Assembly (NCBI RefSeq): GCF_006345805.1
Contig: NW_021832120.1
Span: 310,001 to 374,000, forward strand
Length of the DNA: 64,000 nucleotides
Direction of reading: 5' to 3'
Source of the DNA: Octopus sinensis
Taxonomy: Eukaryota
The translations under genes were made by a program, and so were the position numbers. The stretch's first letter is position 1. Each line of letters starts with the position of its first letter. Of this stretch, positions 1 to 14,589 are shown one piece after another. A model generated the notes under the pieces. The model made no database searches, had not been told where the DNA came from, and saw nothing but the letters and a program-made list of their open reading frames with translations.

Positions 1-416
1 TACGAGCATGGAAGACGAGCTCTACGAGCTTGATGCTATATGGACGATCAAATGAAAAAGTAAAAAAAAATGCCCACTCGACCACTACGCACGTACGCGG
101 TTACTCGTGAGGAAAATTAGACTCAAAAATGTCCTATCTTTCGTGTTCCTAATGGGAAATTGTTATTTTATGTTATAAAATATTTTAATTTTTTAATGAT
201 TTTCCGATCATGCTGGGGCAATAAGATAATTTTTTTATAGTTTTTTAGAAACAATTTGAATGTAAAAAGATTTCGTTTTAATTAGAAACGTACTATTTAT
301 ATGATTAAAATATAATATTAGTTCAAAACAATAGGCTATTAAATATTCTCTATTGATTACAAATTGATTTTAATGATCGTCGTTCTGCTTAGTACATAGC
401 ACTAATATGAAAAGTA

Positions 417-1679
417 ATGTTAATGATAGAGTCGGATAATTTACTCCCGACATTCGTACTAAATACTTCTATTCGGTTCAGATTTCCCATTAATGAGATC
501 GGATTATGTGAGTCATTCAATTTTTTGTTAACTCCAGATCTATTATACACTAGTCTTGTAAGTTTTATCTTTGCAATTCTCGGAATGGTGCTGTTTTAAA
601 TAATTTTAATAGACATTGAACCTCATCACAACAACTACTTTGATTACAATGAAATACCATTCAAGTAATTACATATACATGCTGGCCCTTTCTGTGTCGG
701 ATTTTTTTTTCGAATTATGCTCTTCGGTCGTGTATGGAAAGATTTTTATTGGGCAGTCGAGTTTTGTGATTTCTAAGAATTTTGTATCGCTCGTGGCTTT
801 CTGGGTTTTTCAGGCAATTGCTTCGATGCTACGAGTATTAGGTTATTAGATTCTTGCAAGATTACCTCGGTTTGGATTACCCTGGCATTCACTGTCGACA
901 GGTACGTTATGATTTGTCACCCCTACAAAGCTCAACTATTTTGTCGGAAAAAAATCGCTAAATCAATGATTCTATTTCTTACATTAATGTCACTAATTGT
1001 GACCATTCCACAGTTTTTTGAGTTCGAAACCAAGTCTATTTTTGGCCAATCTTGCTATAAAAATCAGTTGAGTCAATTTGGAATGAATTCTTTATATCAC
1101 TACATATATAATGTTGGTTTTTACTTTATATTTGTTACAATAATTCCATTTTTAATCCTTGTTGTACTCAACTACATGTTGTGGAGGGCTGTAGTCAAGT
1201 GTAACCGAAGAAGATCTATTTTATCAAAAAAGGTATATAATTGAGCTTTTATGTACTAGGAAGCAAGTCACATAGACACTGCTGCGACATTGATAACAGT
1301 GGTCTTGATTTTTATGATTTGTCAATTCCCCTCGCTTATTAGGAACATAATTTACTCGGTTGATTCAATTTCGATTCTTGAATCTCGTTCTGTTGTGATT
1401 TTTATCGAAATAAGCAATCTAATGCTTGTCATGAACAGTTTTCTTAATGTCGTTCCTTACTATGTGTTCAACAAACGATTCAAAAAACAGTTTTTTATGA
1501 TTTTGAATTATATCAAAAATTTTTTTATTACAAAATCCAAACGATATGAAACAGACTATATCCATGTTCAAAAATCTGAGACTCCCATCGCACCCATTTC
1601 TCAAAATATAAAACAGACGTTGAATGTTAAAATAACACATTTATATTCAAATCCCAATGGAATGTCAGATTTCCTATGA
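417..1679 (+). CDS. Class A GPCR, FMRFamide/peptide-receptor-like; 4 exons (417-587, 613-834, 861-1232, 1260-1679), ~394 aa
   Basis: Removing three GT-AG introns (588-612, 25 nt; 835-860, 26 nt; 1233-1259, 27 nt; all phase 0) gives one open frame with TM2 YIYMLALSVSD, TM3 TSVWITLAFTVDRYVMICHP, TM5 IIPFLILVVLN, TM6 IFMICQFP and TM7 NSFLNVVPYYVFNKRFK. Confidence 0.87.
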
Positions 1680-1997
1680 ATTCTATTAGTTTTATAATTT
1701 TTACGAATAAAATGATGGCATTTTACAAAAATTTTATCTTCTTAATGAAATTATTGAGTTCACTTTACGATCTTGTATTCAGAAAAAAAATAATGATAAT
1801 ACTTAAGTTAAGCCGCAGATTACTTACTTTATCATTAATAATATTTAGAAAAAAAACAATAATGGCCGTGGATGGCTGTAATCAAATTTTTAAATCTTCA
1901 ATCCTAAAAGCTTTCCCAGAACTTTGAAATCGTGATTGTTAGGAAAATTAATAGTATAGGCATTAAGTTTAATTATCTTTAATTAATTGAAGATTCT

Positions 1998-2880
1998 ATG
2001 GAGCCTCTGAGAACTATGGAGTCTCAAAAACCCAGTGAGACGCAAAAATCTTCCAAACCCAATCAGCTGGTAACTGAGCCTGACAGCTCAAACCTCTGCT
2101 ATATGCTCAGCATCGATAACCCAGCACTGGGGAAAATCAAATGATTCAATTTTTTCTCAAAATCGCCCAATGCGTCGAAAGCTCGGATTACTCTACAAAG
2201 GTCCGGATCTTTCCTACTCCACAAAAGTTGAACTCCGATCCTATAATCAACTTGGCCCAATACCAAAGCTAAAATGCACAGCCCAAGAAGACTAACTCTT
2301 GACAAGGAAAAATCTTGTCGCAAAGTGATGCTGACTTGGGCCAGGACTCGCACAACAGGGACGCCCTTTTGGAATTCTTTTGCCGTTGTGTGGGAGCCCT
2401 GACTAAACTCGGAGTGGGTATGAAAATGCTGCAAGAGCTCCCGCTAGAAGGGAGAAATTTAGCAACATAGTCCCTTTGAAAATCATCGCTGTGAATGCCC
2501 GATCTATTAAGAGACGACATCACGATTTCGTTGAGATGGTAAACAGCGGCCATCCTGACATTATTATCGTCAAGTGAAGTTTCTCCTCAACGAGAGAAAG
2601 CGGCTGAGAAATAAACTAAAACGTTGTGTTGACCCCACTGACAAGGGAGGACTTAAGAACATGATCTCGGAAATTGGTTATGAAGTCCACGTCGTGACAA
2701 GCAGCCAGGAAATGGCAGAAGGCTTGTCAAAACCTAGACCACAGAAACCCAAATTTCTGGGACTGTTTCCGCAAAGTGGCTAACCTCGAAGGAAAATCCT
2801 CACTCTCGAGTCTGTGCAACCAGTCTGGTATGCCCGCCTCGGCACAAGAGATTCGCTCCTCAGTCTTGAGACCAACAGAA
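1998..2880 (+). mobile_element. Jockey/I-like LINE remnant (ORF1 end, APE start, post-APE linker), internally deleted
   Basis: LKIIAVNARSIKRRHHDFVEMVNSGHPDIIIV (APE N-terminus, ~2475-2573) joins directly to the linker NERKRLRNKLKR and WQKACQNLDHRNPNFWDCFRKV. The GC content is higher than the flanks. Confidence 0.65.
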
Positions 2881-2925
2881 TTCAAAGAGATTCTATCTCT
2901 TATGTTTAGACATCATCTCATTAAT

Positions 2926-3830
2926 TTATTGATCAATTTTGTAATAAAAGCTTAGCAAAAACACTTTATTTAAATCATCAGATGCATAATTGAAATATTT
3001 AGATGTAGCTTTGTCGGCAATATGAAATTGACAACAACTCAAAACAGACTCAGTACAATCTACAACAACAAGAAGCCTTGCCGTAAGATGAGTACGGAAT
3101 GTTAACATCTCGCTTGGGCCAGCCACATAAGATCAAGACAATCTACACTAGCTAATGATTTTTTTAAATAAGGGTGTTTTTTACTTAAATCATTAAATGC
3201 ATCATTGAAGTACGGGGATGCAGCTGATGATGAGGCGTATATTTAGAGTACTGTGATAAAAAAGATCTTAGGAAGTATGCGAGTTGATGAGGTGGTTAGT
3301 CAGAATGTTGGAAATCACCAGAATTATTACAGGCAGAATAGAGAACACCGAACGTATCATAAGTTTTGATAGTCTCTTAAAATCAACGATAGACTTGGAG
3401 GATGCGAATTTTTCACTGACAACGTCACCTACCCTTTTCAATTTGTCAGAGTCAGTCACAGCATCCACCGTGGCTTTCAGAGCTACAGTTATCGGTAGAA
3501 AGTAAATAGGCTCTTAAATCAGCATTACTTTAATTAAAATAATAGAGCCACGTAAAGTGTCTTTTTACTTTCAAACACAAATAAGGCATCTGAATTGTTA
3601 GTCGCTCATAAAGTGCATTCCAAAAAAGGAAAAAATAAGAAAAGGGCTTTCTGCAGTCTGAAATATAATTGATTGCCTAATATAAGCCAAACAGACAACC
3701 AAACAGAACTCACTTTAGCAAAAACGCCGATAAAAAAACAACTAAATATAAATTGGATGATGTCACGAAAGTCGTAAAGAGAGAATAGAAAATCATTATC
3801 AAAAGGCTGCGTGGCATACATTCAGATTAG
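2926..3830 (-). CDS. Candidate multi-exon gene or pseudogene of unknown function
   Basis: Minus-strand ORFs 3606-3821, 3268-3468 and 2926-3126 can be partly joined with plausible short GT-AG introns. No motif was recognised. Confidence 0.3.
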
Positions 3831-5151
3831 TTCCATACTGAATAATTACAAAAAAATGAAGTAACGAGTGAAATTTGAACAGGCCAGCGCTAAGAATAAA
3901 TTGGTGGCATTCTGATTGTGATAAATCAAATAAAACTGTTTGCTCACTACAAAAATGTGATGGCTCAGTTGGCAGATCTGAAGGAATCTAAAAATACAAT
4001 GTATGCGATCAAGTTTTTAGATTTGGAACCAGGAAGCTAAAATATTGATTATAAATTTGTTTCTCGAGTTTTTAAAAACCAATAATAGAAACAAAAATTA
4101 AAATATTTTTTCTAAGCATCTTACATAAATACTCCCGTACATTTAAAAATACATTTTTATTTTGCAAAAAGCATATATAGAACTTTAGATCTCCTCTTTT
4201 CTACCAATCTTACGGCTCTCAGCAAGAGTGATGGCAATTACGCCCAATCGCAGTTAAGAACGTATAAAGACGTCTTGCTTCCAATTGAGCCAGGAGTTTT
4301 TGTCTTATTAATTCGGCATTGGTGTTAAAGGAGCTTGCAAAGCACTAACCTACGTAACCCGTCTGTTGTCGTTTTCCAAGCTAAAGAATGTTCCCTTTCT
4401 TCTCAAATTTTATATCAGAACGCTTTCAATAGCATTATGAGGTCCCATATGCTCAAGGCAGTGTCCGAACGCTGGTTTTGGATGACGCTGTTGCGTTGTC
4501 GTTACAATTTCTTATAAATACTTTGTTCACTAAAGATGGTCGTATTCGTCCGGTCACATAGTCAATATCGTATTTTTTTACAAAGTTGTTTTATTTCAGA
4601 ATTTCTAAACCCTTTGCCAGTTTGTCAAAATAATATTGAACATTATCAATAAAGAGAATAAGTGGCTACGCGTCATCTAATAAGTGGCTACGGCTCCCAA
4701 TAATACAATACGCGTCATCTAGGATTCCGCAAATCTTATTAGCTAATCTGGTTAAAGCAGATTTCACTATTGAAAATTCTAAAAAAGAATCCTACAAAAC
4801 AAGAATCTATTAATTAAATTACTAAATTACCCAGGAATAATTTTTATTTCGTGTCAATAGCGTCTTAAGTCGATAAGATCTACAATTTATCGTTATCTTA
4901 GGTAAGAAGTAAAAATAGACGTTATTAATGTTTTAGTCGCAAGGAATCGTTTTAACTAGAATTAATAAAATTGGTAATTTAAATCGAGGTCTGTCTCAAT
5001 CTGGGATCAAATTGTATCATTCTGGGATCGGTGCTAATTTGTGATGGCGTTGTGTCGAAAAATTTTTCATAATAACATTTTTTAGAGACATTAATCTAAA
5101 TAGGACGTGATAAGAAGATTGTGTATTTAATTTATACTTTACTTTCGTTTA

Positions 5152-7441
5152 ATGTGTCAAATGACAGAGGAGGACGTGCGCGTTTCATTCCACGTATCAA
5201 AAATCGTTGATAACCTAAATAATGTGGGAAGACTAAAAAGATCTCCGAATGCATTTCATTCACTTATTGTTTCTAATATAAAAATGATTTACGCTCCTTT
5301 GAGAATTAAAAAAATTGTAAAGTTAAGTTGTGGATATTATAGTTCTAGAAATCAGCTCATGCTTAAATTTTTCGCTGACGAGGACCGAAGTAAGACTCTT
5401 TCTGTCATAATCGTATGTTTTAATTAAAAATAAATTATCACAAGAAAGAAGAAATCAAAATAAAAACAAAATTCAGAATAGACTTCTCGTGGGATAAACA
5501 ACTTAGGGAAATATCAAGTAACTTATTCGTTTCACTATTTTCAGTCCGATTTGGATCTGGTATTTGGTCATATTTTGATTTACTTCGAGGATTAATATTT
5601 TTGAATTTATTTTCTGGCTTTATTAATCTCATGTTTGTATATATTCCTAACTATTTAATTTATAATGACGACGACCCTTATTTATTTGATTTTCAAAATC
5701 CAACAAAACAATTCGCAACTGCCAAAAACTGCAGTTTAAAATACCGTTTCAAAAATACTCAAGTCAGTCTGATGTGGTCAACTTTAGACATTTTTCGGTC
5801 AATTTTCATATGGATCGTACAAATCAATATATTACAAAAACGGAATGAACTACGACATATCGATAGCATATTTGATATCATTCATCATTTGTTATTTCAT
5901 TACACTAGTGTATCTTATTTACAGGCTAGACTGTGATTCATAACATTTTCAGGTCGAATCTAAATCATAAACATTCCAATATGATCAAATGGGAAGAAAT
6001 GTCCCGAAATATATTTTCAGAATACATTTACTGCATTGATTTATCAAATACTGGCTTTAACATGCTGGGACGAACACAATTTGAACTAATTAACAAAATT
6101 AGAGTTAATTACTAATTGCTTATTTCAGATGCGGCTTGGTAAAATCGAAAAACTTCAAATACAACACAAAAAAACATTGAAAAAAAACGTATTAATTCAC
6201 TTGAAGAGATTTTTAATTAATATGTCGATATTTACTATGTTAATAGCATGTGGATATGGAATATACGGAACAATAGAATTATCATCGCGGGTTTACTCTG
6301 CTATTTACAAGTTTAAAGGATAAATATACGCAGAATACATCACATATTAATACTTTTGTTCAATATTCACCTTCTATTCTGATTGCAATGCTCAATATAA
6401 TTATTCCTAAATTGATGGAAACGATATCTACCTTTGAAGAATACAGTGCTAAGACTCAAGTCACTCTCACACTGGTCAGGTAAAAAACTTGTCATTATTG
6501 TAGGTCGATTCTTGTCAAATTGTCGTCTCTAATTCTGGTTGTATATTCACTGTTCATGCTGATCAGATGTGAGCCAAAAAATACATGTTACGTGAGTATG
6601 GGCAAGTGTCATTCAATACCGGTGACAGAAAATGTCAACATTTTTAGTGTTGGGAATCATATTGTGCAGACCAATTTTATAGATTGGCAATCACTAGTTT
6701 TGCGATGGGAATTTTTGCCGATTTTTGTGTAAATTTTGTCATTAAGTTGTATTCTTATTTTATCCTATAGAACGGTCAGTCATCGTAAATATATCAATAA
6801 ATTGATAAAAGCTCCTAATTTTTCTTTATTTACTTGTGTCCTGGACTTGGTTTACTTACAATCTATTACTTGGTTATTACTTAAGCTGTATTTTAGGCTG
6901 GCTGCTATATTTTCTCCTCTTTTTCCATTACTGATTGGAGTGGGATTTATTATTCTGTTTTATTTAAAATTGGTTTGAAAGTTTTATTTGATTTAGTTTG
7001 GACTATACAAATTCTTATCGATCCAAGAAAAATCCTACACATTCATTCGTACCATCGACTTGTTTTATAAATTGCTATTGTCACAATTCACTATTGTGTC
7101 TCTACTAGTGTGGTATATTATATTTGAGTAATATTTTTGTTTTTTACTATAGACAGCCAGTTTCTAAATCATGTGGACCCTTTAGACAATATACGACGAT
7201 GCTGGGCACTTTAAAAAAGTCGTTTGACTCAACAAAAATAACACAAATTATCACATCAAAAACATCTGTACTGTTCATAATAATAATTCTTATGTATAAA
7301 TATTGTGTTTTTGTTATTTTTAGAATTATTATCAGTCAACAGAAAAGTAAATTGAAACATGTCACCAAAATTCTAAACAAAGCAAAAAAATCTCTTAACG
7401 CAGAAAGAAACAAAACTGATATAATTAACTCTCCTTTCTGA
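5152..7441 (+). CDS. TMC: Transmembrane channel-like (TMC) protein, multi-exon
   Basis: TMC motifs: RFGSGIWSYFDLLRGLIFLNLF, PSILIAMLNIIIPKLMETISTFEEY, VLDLVYLQSITW, AIFSPLFP..ILFYLK, PVSKSCGPFR. Introns checked: 5518-5544, 6104-6128, 6291-6333, 6480-6503. Not every junction was verified and the start is uncertain. Confidence 0.85.
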
Positions 7442-7559
7442 ACTTTTCTTTTCCTGCTAAATAATATATCTCATTAACATTAACAAAATTATCTTTATAT
7501 TTTAAAAAATTTAAGGTTGATTTTTAAGTTAAAAAATTTTCGCCCTACTCACATACGGA

Positions 7560-7960
7560 CACCGTATAGAACAGATCTTTAAATTGGATGTTGAGCTTCC
7601 GCGTTTAATCACCTACACTACAATAAACAGAAACTACAAAGAAGAATAACTAATCATCTTCCTACCTCAAATTAATTAAAAATATATGTCGTTAGTTGTT
7701 TCACCATTCTCATCTTCGATCAAGTACATGTTATTTTGTTGGTCTGCCACAACATATTTGTCTTTTCCTTTCTATCATTCTAACTCCAGCAATAAAAAGT
7801 TTTGAATACACTTCTTCACATGAATCTTCGATTGCACTATGCACATTTAAATAATAATTGTTCCATTTCAGCTCCGTTATTGGATTCTGATTTTGAGCAT
7901 CCATGAACAAGTAGAACGGAATTTTTCCGATTGTAGAATGTATTTTTATTGTAATCATAA
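7560..7960 (-). mobile_element. Possible Gypsy/Ginger-type integrase C-terminal remnant
   Basis: HSTIGKIPFYLF resembles the integrase HSTTGxTPFxLF motif. Confidence 0.3.
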
Positions 7961-8038
7961 ACAAAGTTTTTATTGTGATCATAAAAAATCATAAAAAAGG
8001 TAAAGAAAGTCAAAAATATTCAATAACTAAATAATAAA

Positions 8039-8800
<762 letters not shown>

Positions 8801-8984
8801 TTTCTCAGTTTTTAATATTTAAACAGTATAATCTTTCTCTAAAATATTTAACTAATTGTTAATATTGATGTACAAAATAACTATTTATATATTTCGTTGA
8901 ATATATCGAAAGTTTGTGTTTTTATACAATCAAATTCCTCACTCATCCACAGGTAAATTTTTGCTTTTATTTTTCCGTAGGTGT

Positions 8985-10359
8985 TAGTCCGTTTCACAGA
9001 TACCCCGAATTGGGGCAGACCCCAGGGGTGGGGCACCCCCGCATTTTGGGGCACTTTTTTTTGGCCAACATTTTGGCAGAGTAAAATGGAAGATCGATAA
9101 AAAATACGGAAATTTTGGGGCACTATAAAATTGTAGGGAATGAAGTAAATAAAATTATATTTTATTAATAAATACATAATTTAAATTTACACGTTTACTT
9201 ACATTTTTTTGTTGTCAGTGGTTATAAACTACGAAACAAACAAAATTAAAGATTGCTAAATTGATATCGAAGAAAAAATTATCTGAAAGACAGATAATTC
9301 AAAAATATAAAACTAGCAAAGGCATGATTTCACGAATAAAAAAAACAATTGTGCTTTTTCTTGAACAAGGAACTGTAAACACGGATGAAGATCCTATGCC
9401 TTATTGTGAGAAATCGAAATTTGATGATCAAGTTTTTGAAATATTTCAGAAACTACGGGAAGATAAAGTTCCAATATCAGGTCCTTTTATAAAGAAAATC
9501 GCCTTATATACGGCTTCAAAGATTGGATTTGATTTTTTCAAAGCTTCAAACGGCTGGCTTGACAGATTCAAAAAGCGTCATGAACTGAGATTCAAATCAA
9601 TTTGTGGAGAGAAAAATTCATCTGACTTAATCAATGAGTTTTTTAAAATCCTTGACGAGAAAATTGCGGAATATGGAAGAGGAAATGTTTTTAATTGTGA
9701 TGAAACAGCGCTTTATATAAAAAGGACACCGAGAAAGTCGTTTGTCGGAATAAATGACGATACTTTTGGCTTTAAACAGGGAAAAGAAAGAGTCACCGTA
9801 CTTCTTTGTTGCAATTCTATGGGAGAAAAACTTGAGCCATTGATTGTTGGAAAATTTAAAAACCCTCGATGTCTCAAAAATTCTGCTAATTTCTAAAAGC
9901 TGGGAAAAACTTGATCCGAGTTTAATATTTAATTGTTGGAATCAAATTGAAAAGATTCGTGATTCCGTAAGAATTGAAGATAGGATTACAGAAGAATTAA
10001 TCAACAATGCCGTAAACGAAACATTGGATGGGGAAAATGACGAATTCGTCGATGATATTTATAACGAAGGTTTAGAAAACGATAACATGGAAACAAGTCT
10101 AAGAGAAACGCAAGATTCTCTTGATCAGTTAGAAAAGAACATTTTTCACATATCTCCTGAAATGCTCAAAGAATTTTACGATTTTTGACTTAATTTTATG
10201 AAAAATGTAAGAAGTAAGAGGAAAACTGGGGATAAATTAACTGATTATTTTTCTAAAATTGATTTTTGATGTTTAAAAATCTCTGTTTTATTAAACCCCT
10301 GTTTTTGTGGCACCCCCGCTTTTTGGGGCACTTGGTTCCCCAATTCGGGGATCGGACTG
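8985..10359 (+). mobile_element. pogo/Tigger DNA transposon, defective
   Basis: CENP-B HTH (FKASNGWLDRFKKRH) and DDE start (NCDETAL, GKERVTVLLCCN, PLIVGKFKNPRC). Right TIR ends ggactg followed by TA at 10360-61. The left TIR is degenerate and the DDE core is deleted. Confidence 0.85.
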
Positions 10360-10379
10360 TAATTAGAATCTATCAGAAA

Positions 10380-11313
10380 ATTTTTTAAAAAATTATCGAC
10401 TTGTACATAATTATTTTTTAAAAAATAGATTCTAGATCAGAAAATTGTTGTTAACATGAATATTTAAGTCAAAAAAACGAAATTTGATTCACAGCCAAAG
10501 CTTGAATGGTTTGATAATTCCAAGATAAACCGAGGTTAGAAACATCCTATGCCGTAATTTTAATTTTTATCTAAAACAAATAGATCCCAATGATTATGAA
10601 ATTACAAACAGAATAAAATAAACGTTCTCAATGCTTGAATATCATCTAGGACACAATCCACCTGATAATTTTCTTCAAAGTCTGATAATCAAACACCTGG
10701 AAAATTTCAAGAAAAAAATTGATGATTACTTTCCTGATAAAGATCCAATTATAAACTGGATCTTTCAACCTTTCTTGACTTCATTTAAAGAATATCAGGA
10801 ACTCAATTATCAGCTTAACTTGATTGTCTGCTCAAATTATTTTCAAATGTACTTTATTATTGGATTTTTTGTATTCTCATTAATAATTACTTCTACATAA
10901 ATATTACTTCTTATTTTTTAATCTCAGTTGCGAAAGAATTCCCCATTTTGAGTAAAATTGCATTGGAATCAAAACTTGTATTCACAACTACTTATCACTG
11001 TGAAATGGCGATTTCATGGCTGACTTTTCTAAAACAAAAAATAGAAATAGACTACACAAAAATAGAGCTTGACATAAGTAAAATTATTCTGATAATTTTC
11101 ATGTTTTTTTGTAATTAAGTTTTAATAAAAAAATCTAGCTATTAATATTCATGTTATTTTAAATAATAAATAATCAAAAATTTATAAACCTTCCCCTGAC
11201 GAAGCCAAAAATTGTGCGCTAATAGCAAAAAAAATTATTTTATTTAAGGTGGTCCCAACAAAATTTTATAGTACAAAAGTGGTCCCCAGTCTAAAAAAAG
11301 TTGAGAACCGCTG
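10380..11313 (+). mobile_element. hAT (Charlie/Buster-like) 3' remnant
   Basis: hAT C-terminus (KEFPILSKIAL..FTTTYHCE) and a right TIR gttgagaaccgctg ending at 11313. Confidence 0.7.
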
Positions 11314-12149
11314 CTTTAAATGTTAACCAAACGGGACGGTTTCATTTCCTATTCGAAAAGACTGGATCACAATGAAGACAAAGTGGTTTATTAGGATCTT
11401 GAAGATTTTAATAAATTCAAGAGTAAAATGTTCATCTTTATACATTCTGACTTTTTTGAACACGACCCATAAAGATAACTAGAAATCACGCTTAGAAATT
11501 TAAATAAATTAAAAATTATCGATTTGTAACATAAGATTTTAATTTTTCAAATATTAGCAATCAATCATCGCCCACCGTTGAGAACTACTGATCTAGAAGA
11601 TATGGAAAAAAATGTAATCAAAAATGTTATCAAAAATGTTAATATCTCGAGACTTGCTAAAATTTTAAAATAAATAGTTGAGTACTTTTGTATGTTGTTT
11701 ACGGGGTTTTGGAATTAATTTTAAATAAAGCTGTTATTTAGAGTTGCTCTTAACACAAGAAATTGTAATAAAAATGTATTAAAGATTGTATTAATCATAA
11801 AATCACAATAAAATACACTGGGGCCGTATAGGGAACAGTATCAAATTAACTTTTAACAATTAGGGTTTGGTTAAAGTCTTTCGAAATCGAGTTAGGATAT
11901 TCATATTTCAAAACTTAAAAATTTTTTACACATAAAATTGATTTTTTAAAGAAAAATGCTTATTTTAAAATGGAAGACCTCTAAATATAATAAAAAAATG
12001 ATAATTAGTAAATAATTTTTTAAAACGATGTTAGGTTTGTTTTTTTGTCAATCTTAGTTTTCCGGAAGTCATTAAAACTAAATAGATTTAAAATTGGACT
12101 TAGAAAAAAGTAAGATACTTTTTATATAAACGTAATTGATATTAATGAG

Positions 12150-12960
12150 ATTTTGATGTGGTCCATTAATATCACAGTCCATTAAAGAGCCGGTGACTAT
12201 TCCGTTTAGTAGATCTACTTTTACGAGAAGTATCGATAATATGGCACAAGATATCGATTCTCAATTAATACATTTGTTAAGAAATGCAAACTTTTCATTA
12301 CATATAGACAAAACTAAATTACCAAATAACGATTCTTTTTTATGGGATATGTAAGGTTTAGGAACAGCAAAGAAATTATTGGAGAAATGCTCTTTTCAAG
12401 GAAGATTACAAGCTATATGAAAGGTGTGTCACTGCATAATGAAATTAAAGTATACTTTTGTTAGAATAGCCTTTCTTTTGCAAACATAATTGAATGTACC
12501 ACTGACGGCGCTGCTTCTACATGATTGGTAAATACAGAAGAAGCTTAAGGTATTTAAAATCTATTTTTGCAATTCACTGTGTCATTCACCGGGATATTTT
12601 AATTGTCGAAAATTACAGGGCTTCTTGTTGTTGTCTTGTATAAAAGTTTACTGGAAAACATATTAGTGCAATAGCCGATAAATTTTACGAGTTTATATAT
12701 TATCTCAAGGAAATTTAACCGATTTTAAAACACGATTATCTTCAATTTAGAATAAATTTTGATTTGATTTGATCCCCATATAGATTATTGATCAATTCAT
12801 TATTAAACCTTTGCAATATGAATTAAAGCTTTTGAAAAGCATTAAAGAAATTTTGGGATATGCAGTGATTTATCGAACAAATTCCCCAATCTGTGCACTA
12901 GAAGACTTTTTTATTGTTTATAAATCAAATTATTTGGTTAAATGTGGCTTTAGCATAGTA
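12150..12960 (+). mobile_element. hAT (ZBED5/Buster-like) transposase remnant
   Basis: Degenerate IPFSRSTFTRSIDNMAQDIDSQL, CTTDGAAS and IHCVIHR motifs. Confidence 0.65.
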
Positions 12961-13199
12961 TAGTTGATCTCCTGCCACAATAGAAATTCGCCCCAGATAC
13001 AGGTGGTGCCCCTAATACAGAGGATATGATAATTGATACCCCCTTTCAACTTGTTCGTTAATTTCTTTAAATAAAGTAGCATTTAAAAGTCAAAAAATCT
13101 ATTTTATTTATCAATTAAAAAGTAATCGCTAATTTTCCCTCCAATATTACATATTTTCCTTAAATTCTTGCAGACGTTCATTTTAAAAACATAATATTA

Positions 13200-14290
13200 A
13201 GTGCTTCGGGACATATACATTGAATAATGAATTTTCTAAAATATTCATTATATTTTGATGTTATGATTCACAATTTCAGTTTCACACGTATAATATAATT
13301 GAGAGTCATTTTCAGTTTCATCAAATTCTATTTGCATTAAATCTGAAATATGAGTATCTAAAAGTTCAGATTGAATATTTTGATTAATTTCGAAATCATT
13401 GGTAATTTGTCGCATATTTATCTTTAAAAATGTCTCATAATAATTCTCATAAATATCGCCAATACAAATTATTTCATTTGAATAAGATAATTTAAAAGAA
13501 TCGATGATCCCCATACCAAGGGGTTGAAGAATGGCATTTTTTGGAAATTTGAGAAAATAAGATTTGAATAATTTAGACATCTATGACACGTAGCATTATC
13601 ATCATTAATTTTTTGTAACCAATTGTTGAAAATATTAATATTCAGACGCATCGTATATAATCTATATGTATAATTTAAAATCATTACTTTATAATCCTCA
13701 GTTCTTATATTTTTAAGGCATCTGGGTGATTTGTACTTTCCAATAACCAAATGTTTTAAATTTTCACTTTAATGGAACAGCATAAAAGGATTTTTATTTT
13801 TTCTTTACAAATTTTTCTACCAAAGAAATTTTCATCTTTTTGATAAATGATTTATTCGGTTCTTTTTTAATGAAAAGGCAGGTTTTGTCACAATTAAAAA
13901 TGTCTTCCATGTTGAACTTTGTAAAATTTTTTAATTAAATTTTTGTCGGAGGAAATTTTTCACCAGAAATTGCTCTAAAAGATAGTTCATGACGTTTTTT
14001 AAAGCGGTCTAGCCATCCATTAGAGCCTTTAAAGCTGCTAAAATTTATCGAGTCGCGATATTTCTGGCAATCTTTGTAATTAAACATCCGGAAGTTGAAA
14101 TTCAAGTTTCGATGATAGATCTGATTCATAATTTTTGTATTTGAATCAAATCCTTGTTTAGTTTCCATTTTTATTCTAGATACTGTTCCCTTCCCAACTT
14201 TAAACATCTTGGATATTTCCCTTTCATATATGGAGTTTGCCAACGCCTCAAAAATTTTTTCCTTAAAGCACGAGAAAGTTTTTTGGCATA
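13200..14290 (-). mobile_element. pogo/Tigger transposase pseudogene
   Basis: FKGSNGWLDRFKKRH, VIGKYKSPRCLKN and LQPLGMGIIDSFK spread over frameshifted ORFs. Confidence 0.75.
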
Positions 14291-14589
14291 ACCACAGACT
14301 ATAATTTAAAATAAAATGTTACAGTCCAGGGCTGCGAGGTCAATGCTTAAAATGCAACAAACATATTTTTTTAGAAAACTTTTCATTGGAAATAAAACAA
14401 AAAAACATATCATTTCAAATAATAATGACTTAATGATGACAAATTATTATATATTTTCTTAAAATATAATATTTTTATTTTGCTAAAATATAATCAATCG
14501 CACGCGAAAAAAATGAGTTACTTGAGACTGTCTGCGAGCGAAATGCAAATAATTAAAAATTTTAAAATGAATGATTATTATTGTCCTGA

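Noticed and set aside
4190-4640. GC-richer segment with faint resemblance to ribosomal proteins (eS8/eL13)
   Set aside because: The matches are only a few residues and I could not build a consistent spliced frame.
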